Notes under the pieces: generated by a model
The model's input: only the letters and a program-made list of their open reading frames with translations
What the model was told of the DNA's origin: nothing
Database searches by the model: none
Made by a program: the position numbers and the translations under genes
Assembly: GCA_016748015.1 (NCBI GenBank)
Contig: JAAOMT010000577.1
Location: 186,001-250,000, forward strand
Reading direction: 5' to 3'
Length of the DNA: 64,000 bases
DNA from: Geosiphon pyriformis uo1
Lineage: Eukaryota > Fungi > Glomeromycota
Shown here: in pieces, positions 40,788 to 52,950 of the stretch
Position numbering within the stretch: position 1 is the stretch's first letter
Layout: every line of letters begins with the position of its first letter

Positions 40788-41979
40788 TTGCAATTATGAT
40801 TATTTTATCAGATGATAACTGAAAAAGTTTGGAAATAATTTTTATTCTTACTAGCTGTTAGTCAGAAATTGAAAAATTTTGGATATACTAAATATCTTCA
40901 AAATCAGACAAAATTCTGTGATCCCTAGTACAACGAAAAAGATTTCCTTGAGCTTTTTCTGGAAAAAGAAAAAGATTGTTTATGATGAACATCTTTACCT
41001 TTTTTTTTTTGCTATGCACAATCTTGATTGAAGGAAAAAAAATGACGCGATTGAGAAAATAGAGTTAAGTTTTATTCAATTTCATTTAGTAATAAAATTT
41101 TCAAGTTTACTTTGCTTATGCTGCTGCAATGTTGGGGCTAGTTTTTAGCAGCAAACTTTAAAATTAATGTTTACGCTGCAACCAAAGTTATTCAGTGGCT
41201 GAATTTGCACCTCGATTTCAGGTTCGAATTCAAGATTATACCTTCTGAAAAGGAATATTGGATTACCTTTCCCCAAAGGTTGGTTGTAATTTATTAGGTG
41301 TAAAAACCTTCACATGTACCCAGAATTTCTGTTCGTTAGATGGGTTAAAAATGAGATGAATAAATCAAGATTTAAAAAGGATTAAATATGAATAAGTGAT
41401 AGAAACTTTTTTAATTGATATTTAAAAAAATAAAAATCTTATTTTTAATGTGTAAAAACTGTTGAAATAAAATATTCGGTTCATTTGGTTTCTTAATATG
41501 AAAATATATTCGGTAATTGTTTAAATATTTTAATATGTTTGTTTCATGATTAAAAATATTTTTTTGTTTCATATATCAAAATTTTAAGAAAAATAATACA
41601 AAAAGTTTATTTCAAACATTAATTTTTTTTTAATATATGTTTGAATATAAATGATTTTATAATTTATACCACTATTTTCAATCATGATTGAATAATAAAG
41701 TATAATTTTTAATAAACAAAATTTATAAGTGTATTAAGTTGGATCAAAAAATAGCAAAATAAAAAAAAAATTTTCAAGAAAATAACGAAACATGTTTTAT
41801 AATGTGCACAAATGATTTAATATTTTGATTAAATATTACTAAAAATAAATATATATAAATAATAAGAAAAAAAAATTAGCCAAATTATCCGAAAATACAT
41901 TAATTACATTATTGAATTTGGCTGGTTTAAATCTATTTTCAAAAACTCCCCAAAGGTAATAATGTTTAAAATTTATAAA

Positions 41980-42018
<39 letters not shown>

Positions 42019-42612
42019 TATGACTTGTCTGATTTTAACAACTAAATGTAAAATGCTAGGTGAGTGGCTGTTTGGACTCCGCCACTCGACATCGAGCGAT
42101 CACATTTATTCTAGATAGGGACAATATTGCGTAAATATTGATAGGATAAACATCGCGTGATAAAATGAAATTACCCCAATTTCAAAAAGAAACAAACTAT
42201 TCATCTACGCATGAAAGCGTTTTGTTCGTTTTTTTTTTAAAATTGCTCCAGGAGAGAACTCTGATCTTTGATAGTTTCAATCATACCATGACAAATAGAA
42301 GAAATAAATATTTTTTTTACAAATATTTAGAAGGTTTAGAAGAATTATAAAACTGAGGAGGAGGATGGGGTGCGAAAAAAAAAAGTTATTATGGGTTAAC
42401 AAGGTTTCTTATGTAGAGTGCTGATTCGGTAAGAAATTATTAACAATCATGATTTTTTTTTTGTGATTTTGAACAAAATTTAAAGATTGTGTGTAAATCT
42501 TCAAGCTTCGGTTATCGTCTGCAGGAATCGGATGAATCTATAAACATTTTTATTGTTTAGATTCTAATAATAGAATAATATTCTTCGCTTCTAACTTTTA
42601 TTATAATTTATA

Positions 42613-42645
<33 letters not shown>

Positions 42646-43576
42646 CATTTCCATAAGCTTTATCCATGTAAACGGTTTTTTGTTGTCCTAATGTATTTAC
42701 TTTTTAATCTTATTCTTTTGTAAACAGTTGATTGCTGCTAACGAATGGTCATTACTTTTAATCAAATAACCCCCTGATATGGATAAATATTGATTCTCAA
42801 ATATATTTGAGAAATATACCATGTGCTAATGAATATAAATAATAATTTTCGGAAATAATTTCTGTTATTAGCCTCACGTAACTTGATTTTAGCAATGATT
42901 TTCCGCAAATATCTACCCAAACTTGCCAAGATAAAAACCTGACCCAACTTACCAACAACCCAGTTATCAAATATTTCTAAAATCCGTGTACCCACGAGAA
43001 AATATCATTTATTTGTAAAATAATCACCCCCGGATATCATAAAAAAATATTCAAAATTCTCACAATTTTAATTTACACAACGATTTCCAAAGCAGAATAC
43101 CTGAATACCTTAATACCTGAATATCTTAAAAGGTGAATCATTATTTACCCACCAATCTTTTTGAATGAAATTTTGGGCATTATCTACAAGAAATATTGAA
43201 ATCATAAACATTGTTTACCCCACATTATTTATCTTTAAACGTGCGCGTTATTGATCGATCGCTCGATCTCTGTTGTTGCAAAAGGTAAAGATTAATAAAT
43301 CTTATCGAATATTGGGTCAAGTGTTGTTGATGAAATCATCAATTGCTTATGTCTATCGCTTCATGAATTTAGGAATCTTATCTGTCTAAAGACCCAATGT
43401 TGGGTAAAGTGTTAGGAAATCGATGGTATAAAACGTAGGTTCATTGATGAAAATGACAAGTGAATGGAACCAAATAATTTCCTTGTAATTTTCAAAATTT
43501 TTTTGAGAAATAAGATCTTGTTGGATTTTTAAAAATTAAAAATTAAAAATTATAATTATAATTATAATTATAATAA

Positions 43577-43791
43577 ATGCATCCATTACGATTATTGTTT
43601 GAATTCGGAATCTTTTCACCTCGATTTCGTTTTTCAAAATTAAATTTAACGATATTTAAACAGATAGATCATTTCATCCTTTTTTTAGGCATATATTTAA
43701 TTATATCATTATTTTTCCTTATTGAGATAGAGATTCTGCCTCATGATAAAAATAAGATGGTTAATACCCCAATAAAACCCTTAATATATCA

Positions 43792-43826
<35 letters not shown>

Positions 43827-45126
43827 TATTATTATTATTACAAGAAACGCAGAAAGGGTATCAAAGTAAAAAAAATCAGAGTCCCTTAAATTATCCAATT
43901 TTAAGTGATTTCAATAATCCGTTAAAATCTCATAAAGCAAAGAAGCTCAAGCGAGATACGCTTCTAGCTGTATTAGAGCGCCCAAAAGTAAATCCATCAC
44001 CCCAAGATTTCGTTTTACAATTATACGGTGGACCCATACTAGAAGATTTGAAAAAATTTGCTGGTTATGCGAAAGAATCCTATTGTCTTAATGACCGGCT
44101 TGGGAAATTTGGGGAAGGCGTCTATGGTAAAATTTTAGATTATATGCTTGCTTGCTTGTTTGTTTGCCTGATCGATATTTCGTTTTTTGATTAAAAACAA
44201 TCATAATTTTGATCCTATTTGAATTTACCTCAAAAATTTTTAGCACATGCATTCGTGAATCATGAAATTACAGATAAAACGGAAATTATCATTTACTTGA
44301 GAGGGGAGGAAATGAGCTTTGAAAACTGGAGAATATGGCGGCCTGAAACTATACCATATCATGGAGTCTTGCAAGCTAGGGTCAATTCCAAATTTTATTC
44401 TACATACCTAAGTGTGGAAGGGAGTTTGTTAAGTGTTCTCGTAAATTTTATAAATCACAAAAATTACGACAAATATTCATTACGATTTACCGGACATGGA
44501 ATAGGAGCAGGTGATTATCAATCTCATAACTAAAAAAAATGTATTTAGATTTTTTCATTTGTTTTATATCTTTCTTGTTTTTTTTTTTATTAATTAAAAT
44601 TATAATCATTTTTTTATCGCGCCAGTTTATGCCGTATTTGCTGCTCTATCATTTTTAGAAATATACCCGGAAATAAAAGATGTCAATGTGATCACATTTG
44701 GTCAACCACGTATAGGAAATCCACAATTTGCAAAGCATGTTGACCAATTGCTGCCACTTATGGACCGAGTTACTCACAGTGATGATTATGTTCCACAATT
44801 CTTTGCCGATCAAAACTTTCTACATTCTGCAGTGGAAACTTGGATTTCGAATGATTGTAATTGTCAGCCAGCTATAGATAATTTTCACATTTGTATTCCA
44901 GTGTCTACTGGAGGAAGACATGAATTTGATCGAGAAAATCCAGTATGTTTTATTTTTATTTTTGGACTTTTATTGCTATGCTTCTCGAGATTGAAATCTT
45001 TAAAATTTTTTCCTTCAATTTTTATTATTAAAGTACTGTAATAATAGTCAACGCCATGCTTTAAAGATAGGCAGCAATGCGCATAATGGCCCATATTTTG
45101 GGCACATGATGGGACATTGCTCTTGA
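43577..45126 (+). CDS. Class-3 lipase-like (alpha/beta hydrolase) protein lacking the catalytic Ser; 4 exons
   Basis: Exons ~43577-44126, 44244-44510, 44626-44942, 45034-45126 (GT-AG). Motifs 'FAGYAKESYC', 'IIIYLRGE', 'FTGHGIGA|VYAVFAAL', 'VITFGQPRIGN', 'RVTHSDDYVP', 'ETWI', 'HNGPYFG'. Hydrophobic N-terminal segment; true start uncertain. Confidence 0.88.
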
Positions 45127-46810
45127 AATACACATCGTCAAGATAAACATCTCAAATTTTCACTTAAAATCCTCTCATCATGAAAATAACACACTAGAGT
45201 GTTCACATGATTGAATAGACATTGTATAGTTTTAACATTGAAGTTTTCATTGATAAGATTACTTCATAAAATAATTCATGTATCAAAAATTAAATTATTT
45301 TGAAAACTGTTTGATTTATCTCCACTTCAAAAAAGCCTAGACGAAATTTTTTTATATGCTTTAATATGATCAGTTTGAAGATAAATAAAAGAAATAAAAA
45401 ATTTTATGGTTATGTTTTTATTCGAAATTCAAATCTCGAAAATTGATTCGATACAATAATCAGAGTACTCATTAAAAATTCTTAGTTTTGCTATAAACAT
45501 CTTAAAAGTGGACAAAAATTTTATTTTCCTATAAATTAAAAACAATTAATTTTATTAAAGTTTAAATAAAATTTTAAAATGTAAATAAATGATTATGTTT
45601 ATTAATCAAATATAAGTTAAAATAATTAAAATTTAAAATAATTAATGATTTATAATTTACAATTTATTTTGTTAACATGTAATTTTTTTAAAAAATCTTA
45701 TTTATCATAATTATACCTACTAATCATAATTATAATGTTAAAAAATAAATTTTTATCAAAAAAGTTATTTTTTTTTTTCAGAAAATAGAAAATTTAGAGA
45801 TTATTTTTTTATTAAATCAAAAATATAATAATATATATTAAAATAACTTATTTTCAATTTTATCACTTAAATATTTTATATTTTTTAAATATATTAATTT
45901 AGTATTAACCAATTATACTTAATATATATATGTAATTATTTTTAACAAAGAATTATTAAATTGGCTTTCAATCAATCAAAAAAATTATCAATCTTTTTCA
46001 TCTCTTTAATTTCACTTCAAAGATTTACTATGGATTAAATTTTAATATTCACAGATTATTCTTTAACTTGCTTTTTTTTCATTTCATTGATTATTTTATG
46101 TATCTTTGCTTCTAATATTGATCACAAATGAAATTATAATCATCTAGAAAAGTTATCGTTTTTCGATTAATGAACTCATTCATGATTTTCAATTAGTATA
46201 ACCATTTTTACTAATCATATTTTATTTTTGAATTGATCATCAAAAAACAAAAAAAAAATTTTCAAATGTTGATCCCATAGAGAACTAATAGTCTAGAAAC
46301 AAAGATTTGAATCTAAACTTCTAAAGAATGAAAAAGAAAAAAGCCTTTAGAAATTTCATGTGTCAATAAGCTTTAACTAAAATGGTGATATTTCAAAGGA
46401 ATAATTTTAAAATCTTTAAATCTTCTTCTTACTCAAAACTGAGATAAGGAAGGAGAATTGAAGGCAAAAACGTCATATATCAATTTCAATCTCGGCTAAC
46501 CAGACATGTATTAGAAATCTTGAAATACATTCATATGATCACTATTTTTAAATTAGAAATTTTCCCTGAAATATTTATTCAAAAAAAGTAATTCACTGCA
46601 AAATTTTAAGGGAAAGAACATGGCTAAAAATAGTTTGACGTAAAAGTGAAAAATATATTTATTTCCCACACTCTTTATTTACTCATTTACATGAGAGAGT
46701 TTAGTTAGATCATCAATTTCGCAAAGACCCGAAAAACGTGCTTTATAACTGAAAAAAAAATTAATATTTTCAAACCTTTTTATTTTTTACTTTATCATTT
46801 TGTGTTTTCG

Positions 46811-47604
46811 ATGTCAGTTAAAATAAAAACCTTAAAGTACCTTTTTACTATTATGTTCTTACTTTTAACAGCTTCATCTCTTTGTTTGTTTCATGGAACT
46901 CCCGAGCGATCTATGATCCACCAAACTTTAAAGAACCTTCAAAATAAATTTAATGAAATATATTTGAATCGAGGAGAAAGGCTAAATAATTTTCAAAGTT
47001 TCGGCAACCAAGCTAACTTAAACGAGGGAAATTTTATGCTCGATAAACTATATAATAGAAAGTTTTCTAATTCAAGGAGCCTAGACTTTAGAAATGAAAA
47101 AGATGTCCGTATATCTACAAAGTTAAAAGTTAACGACGATGAATACAAAGTACAAGTAAATGATGAAAATTTTTTAAGTTATCTTCAAGAATTCGCCACT
47201 TTTGCTCAAGAAGCCTATTGTTTATCAGATCAACCGGAAGACGTTACCTGTGAGTGATTATATTTTTTCTATTTATGATTGGTTACCAAGAAATAATGAT
47301 TAATCACATCTAAAAACACTTTGAAGCGTACGCGTTTCAAAATCTTAAATTCAAAGAATTTACAGAAATAATTGTATATTTTCGAGGAAACGAGATGAAC
47401 ATTGAGAAATGGAAGCAACGAGAAACTATACAAAGATTATATCCTGGTCTTGATGATGGATATGTTGATAAAATGTTTTACTCTAGATTTCAAAAAGTTG
47501 AAAAAAATTTGCTAGAAAGGTTGGGAACCTTTTTAAATGGAGATTTTCAACAGTCTATTTTTCGGTTCACTGGTCATGGTGAAGGTGGTGGTAAGTGTTT
47601 TTTG

Positions 47605-47637
<33 letters not shown>

Positions 47638-48241
47638 CGTCAGTTCTTTTACTCACATTGCAATAAATTTCAAGTATTTGCAGTATTTGCGGCTCTTGCT
47701 TTTCACAAAAAGTTTCCTTTTATCGATTCTAACATAATCACTTTTGGACAACCACGTATGGGAAACGGCTGGTTTGCTAATTATGTTAACAATCTTTTCC
47801 CTAATGCAATAAGAGTGACTCATTCTGATGACTATGTGTCACAATATCCTGATAAGTCAAATGGTTATCAGCATCATCAAACGGAATACTGGATTTCCGA
47901 TGATTTGAATTGCAACTGTCCTGATCCTCAATTACTCAAAAATAATACGGAAATAACGGCTTTCAATGTCTTTAAATGTACAGGAAAAATTAGTGAAGAA
48001 CTTCCTGCTCATGGATATTTGCTTGAAAATTTGGTAAGAATGTTAAAACTTGGTAAATTTATGTGAACTGATTAAAGAATCAGTTAAGAATGACTTGAAA
48101 ATGATTTCAATATATTTTTAGCAGTGCAACAACAAAAAGCGAGCTAATGTATTCTCTGGACTCTCTTCACATTTTGGTCCTTATTTTGGTAAAATGATGG
48201 GTTTTTGTCCACCTCCATATCCCTCGGTTCGAGCAAGCTGA
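46811..48241 (+). CDS. Second class-3 lipase-like protein lacking the catalytic Ser; signal peptide; 4 exons
   Basis: Exons 46811-47249, 47327-47590, 47675-48033, 48122-48241. Motifs 'FATFAQEAYC', 'IIVYFRGN', 'FTGHGEGG|VFAVFAAL', 'IITFGQPRMGN', 'RVTHSDDYVS', 'TEYWI', 'HFGPYFG'. N-terminus 'KYLFTIMFLLLTASSLC'. Confidence 0.9.
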
Positions 48242-50349
48242 TTCAACGATTTTAGAATTAATTTCTCGAAATCCTGCATATTTGCACAAGGCGTCGAACT
48301 AATGACTTTTCAATTTTGGATTAAGTTAAAAAAAGAGGTATTTAATAAGAAATTCAAGTACTTTAAAATACTATAAATTAAAAGATTGAATTTGAAATTA
48401 AAAGTATCACAATATTTAAAAAAAAAATTATTGGTTTAATATAATTAAAAAATTATTATTTTAGTTTGGTTTAAATATTTTGAACCCCATAATTTAAGTA
48501 TCAACATTATGACTTATTAATTACTGTTCAAAAAATCAAAAAATAGTTTTTTTATTTTAAAAATACTATAATAATTAAAAATATGATAAAATTACTTTGA
48601 TGTAATCAAATCTTTTTTTATTATGGTTACAAAAATTTTTTATCAATTTTAATTATTCATTTAAATTAAATAGGTTTAAAATTTTAATATAAAAGGTGTA
48701 ACCCTTCTGGAAATGAAATATAACAAAGCTATAGTTGAAATCCTATTATTTAAAAGAATCTTGATAATCCTTTTGTATATTATTAGGAAACCACTTTTTC
48801 AACTTCATTGATTGAAAATCAAACTTCACCTTTCGAATGACTTGAAAGAGCATTCAAAAAAAATCTTGAACTTTTTATCATAATGGATCAGGGAACAATG
48901 AAAATTTGGAAACTCTATTCAAAAGTAGCAAAGGTAGGAAATTTAGTTGCACAATAAAATCTTGGGACTTTTTCATTATCATAATAGATTGGAAACAGGA
49001 AATCCAATTCTATGTAACAGTCTTGGAACTTGTAATGAAATTTAATAGGAAATTACGAAAATCTTAAAAAACCAACAGTGGCAAATGACTTAATTTATCA
49101 AAAGTGATTTTCCTGTTTTAAAATCTTTCATCTCACTTCAGAAGATCAAGATAACTTTGAAGTGGCTCATTTTACAATTTCCAAAATGAAAGGTTTAAAT
49201 TCCATTCTTTCACCAGTTTTAAATGCCGAAACTTTGGCATAATTATTATCGGATATTTTATATGATCACGATAAAAATAATCAAATTATTTTTGAAACCG
49301 GCTTGCCAAAATGTCCAAAATTTTACATCTTTCCCAAAAAAATGAGTCGACAATCAAAGTATTTTTAAATTCAAATTAAATTCATATGTGAGAATTTGTT
49401 ATATAGATAATTTTTTTATCAATCAGCTTACCAAAGCCAGAAGGTTTATATCCAGTTGTGAAATTTTAAGAGCATTTTTATTTAATGTGTTCACATTTAC
49501 AAATCAGAATTTGTCAAAATGTGGTGGATATATATTATTGAATCATTCCAGAAAGAAATCTTGATTTTGACTTTCACGTGATAAAATTACAATATATGGC
49601 CAAAATTAAACTTATATGTCTAGCTTTTACTTTCTTTGTTCTAAGATTTGCTAGCTGTAACATGAAGCTATATTGATTGTGTTATTTGAATTCAATATTC
49701 AAAATTATTCTTTTATCTTCAAACTTTTTTTATTGAGATTGATAATATTGAGATCAATTTTCTTTATTAAATAACTTACAATATTATTTTTATTACGTTA
49801 ATTTATTTATTGTCACTTTTCAGTAACTTTTTAACCAGCCAATAAATATAAAACTTCAAGAAACTGGTAGTGTCATAGGTGATAATAAGATAAAAGATTT
49901 TTCATAAAAATGGCTTTAATTCAGATGTCTGCAGTAACGAATTCTGCTTAAAAACGAAAATACACACATACTTAAACATTAACCCTTTCGCTTCATAATT
50001 CGAACGATGTTGATCTCTACCATTCGATTAAAGCCATATTTATCATTTAGACAATTTTGTGCCTTGAGCTTTTTTTTTTTTTGAAGAGATGGAAATTGAA
50101 AATTGAAAATCACAGCAACGTAACTTTAAACAATAAAAAACAATTATAACTTTCTCCTAATAAATCTAAGATTACTTCTTTTTAGCTGCTACTCAATTTT
50201 GTATCATTTATAGTTTCAACACATCAATTATATAATAATATGACAGTTTATTTAACTTCATATCTAACATACATAAAACTTATAAAAATAATATATTATA
50301 TCTACTCATTCAACATATTAAATATTGACATTTTTCAAGTTTAGTTATC

Positions 50350-51140
50350 AAAAAATTTTTTATCAAATTATAATAAATAAAATTTTTTAATTAATCATTT
50401 TATCAAGTAATTAATTTTCTAGTTTATTAATTTTTCAAAATAATTAATATCTTTTAACTAATCATTTTTTCAATTAATTAATATTATCTTTCAACTAATT
50501 ATCTTTTAATTAAAATATTTTTCCAATCAATCATTCTTTTAGTTCAATTAATTATTCTTTTAATTGATAATTTTTCTAATTAATATTTTTTAATTAGATT
50601 ATTACTATATTTTTTATATTATAATTTATAAATCATTGCATAATTTAATTATTAACTTAATTATTAACTTAGTTATTAACTTAATTAATTATTAATCAAA
50701 TTGTTTGACTTGGTTATTTGTTTTTTATATTAAATATATAAGCAAAAATTTTTAAGTTGTAAAGAATTATTTTTCAATTATTTAATTAAGTAATAATTAA
50801 TTACACTTTAACATTTTTTTTATATTTAAATCAAAATCAATCTGATATTCTTTTCTTTTTTTTGAATTTTTATTTGTTGAAAAATAAAAAAAATTATTTT
50901 TATAGTTTATTGAATAAACAATTAATAAAAATAATTAATATATTATTATTATTATTATTATTTTTAAATTTTAAGAATGTCAATTAAGATATAAAATTAT
51001 AATAAATGTATTTTATATAAAAATTACAAATTATTTTTTATTATCAAATTTTTCAAGAAAAATTAACAAACTGATTTCTTTCATATTTAATTTGTTTTTT
51101 GTGTTAAAAATTTTTATATTGTTCTTAATTATTATTATTA

Positions 51141-51171
<31 letters not shown>

Positions 51172-51200
51172 TTTTAACAAGTAAAGCTCAATTATTATCT
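50350..51200. repeat. Degenerate solo-LTR-like copy related to the 23765/29431 LTRs, inverted orientation
   Basis: Reverse complement contains 'ttttgcttatatattt', the 12-bp tandem array (..taagttaataac..) and 'tataattttatatcttaattgacattcttaaaattt', matching LTR A 'tataattctatgtcttatgttaacactcttagaattt'. Confidence 0.6.
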
Positions 51201-52182
51201 ACTGCAATACAACAAAAAATGTTTTAAAGTAAATATGGCTCATAATTATTTTATTGTTAATATCTTTTAACTTGTTATTCTTATCTGTAACAATAATATT
51301 TTTTATTTTATTTAAAATTAATTTATTTAATAATTGAATATGTAAATAAAAAACCATAAAAAGCATGTAAAAATATACATGCAACTGTTAAATAGTTTAA
51401 TATCAAGCCAGTTTATTTATTAAAATTAAATTAAATATAATATATAATATATAATATATTTTAGAATATGAATTACAATATGTTCAAGTTAATTCAGATT
51501 ATTAATAAAAAAGATTTGAATCACGAATTTTTTATAGAATCCCAGCAAGATTTCAAAATTCAGAAATTATTAAAAATGATATATGTTTTCGTATTTTTTT
51601 TGTAAAAAATTACATATAATTATGTTTTTTACAAAAGATTTTGTTGTTTTGTAATAATTGCTATCATAAATTGACTATATAATGTTATTTTCCAAATTTT
51701 GGACTCAATGAATCATTAAACATGAGCAAAAATACATTGGTTCCAAGACTGTCTGAACTATATATACATGGTCACATTTTCATTTTCACTCAGTGTATAA
51801 TTCACACAATCTGGGTGGTTCCAAAGTCGTTGCTCCTGATGCAAAACAGAGCTCATAACATTCTCTTTCGTTCTAGGCTGACGCCGGAAGCCTACCCCCT
51901 TATAGGACTTGCAGTAGTAATATGGAGTTTAATTAGAAATGTGTAGGCTTTAAATAAAAACCTATTAGTGATCACGCAGATCGAGACCGCACTCATGACG
52001 TAATGAACAAAAATTTCAAACTGTACATGACAGAAAGAGAACGCTAAACAAAATTATTGGAAAAATTCGAAAAAGGTCTTATTTAATGTATAAATAGTAA
52101 TATACAAGTTATCAAAGGATTTTATTTAAAATAAGGAAATATACAGAGAAAAATGAGTCAAAAGATAGATACAAAATATAAC

Positions 52183-52184
<2 letters not shown>

Positions 52185-52226
<42 letters not shown>
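52185..52226. repeat. (GA)n microsatellite
   Basis: Seen directly. Confidence 0.95.
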
Positions 52227-52230
<4 letters not shown>

Positions 52231-52950
52231 ATAAAATTTAAACTAACGCGATATTTAAAGGGGAGGATTTTAATTTTGTGCCGATAATTATACAAGAAAA
52301 TATATGGGGAATCAGGCATTACTTAGGGATTGATTAAAAAGACTTAAAATAAATGCTAATATCGTATTATGTTATAGGTTTAAAAATTTCTACATATAAG
52401 TTACTGTACATGTTTCAAAATATAGAAAAGTAAAATATTTAATAAGTAAAGCGAAAATAAAAAAGAGGAATTTTTAAGGAAATTTTTCGTTTCCCACTTT
52501 TCCCGTAATTTTTTTTGGTTTATATGAATGCATAATAAAAATTTGACGACTTTTTGGCATGGGTTTGTGTGAAAAAAGAATATTCGCAATTTAAAAACGA
52601 TAACTGGAAAATGTCCGTGTGAAAAGGGAATAAGAATAAAGGGATTCATTTACAGATGGGGAAAAGGAATCGAAATTGGTAATTATACTTTTTTAAAACA
52701 ATCGAAAGGATTTCTTTAAAACACCCGGACTCCACCCAAAGATCCGTAAATGCAATAAAGAAAAATAGGAAAATAAATTACATGAAACGAAAATATTTTA
52801 GTTAGAGGATTGCGTCGAGAAAGATAATAATGGATAATAATATCACTGTAAAACATCAGCTAATAATAAAATAAAGAGGGGAATGAAAACAAGGATATTT
52901 GTATAAAGAATTTTAAAAGGCAAGTAATAAAAATTTTCATCAAAAAAGTC

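Noticed and set aside
35583-40793. ORFs with poly-P/Q/C/L/Y/N tracts
   Set aside because: Products of microsatellites; no domain signal.
48700-49600. Possible kinase-like or other gene remnant
   Set aside because: Coding-like texture but no motif I can support; frames are broken.
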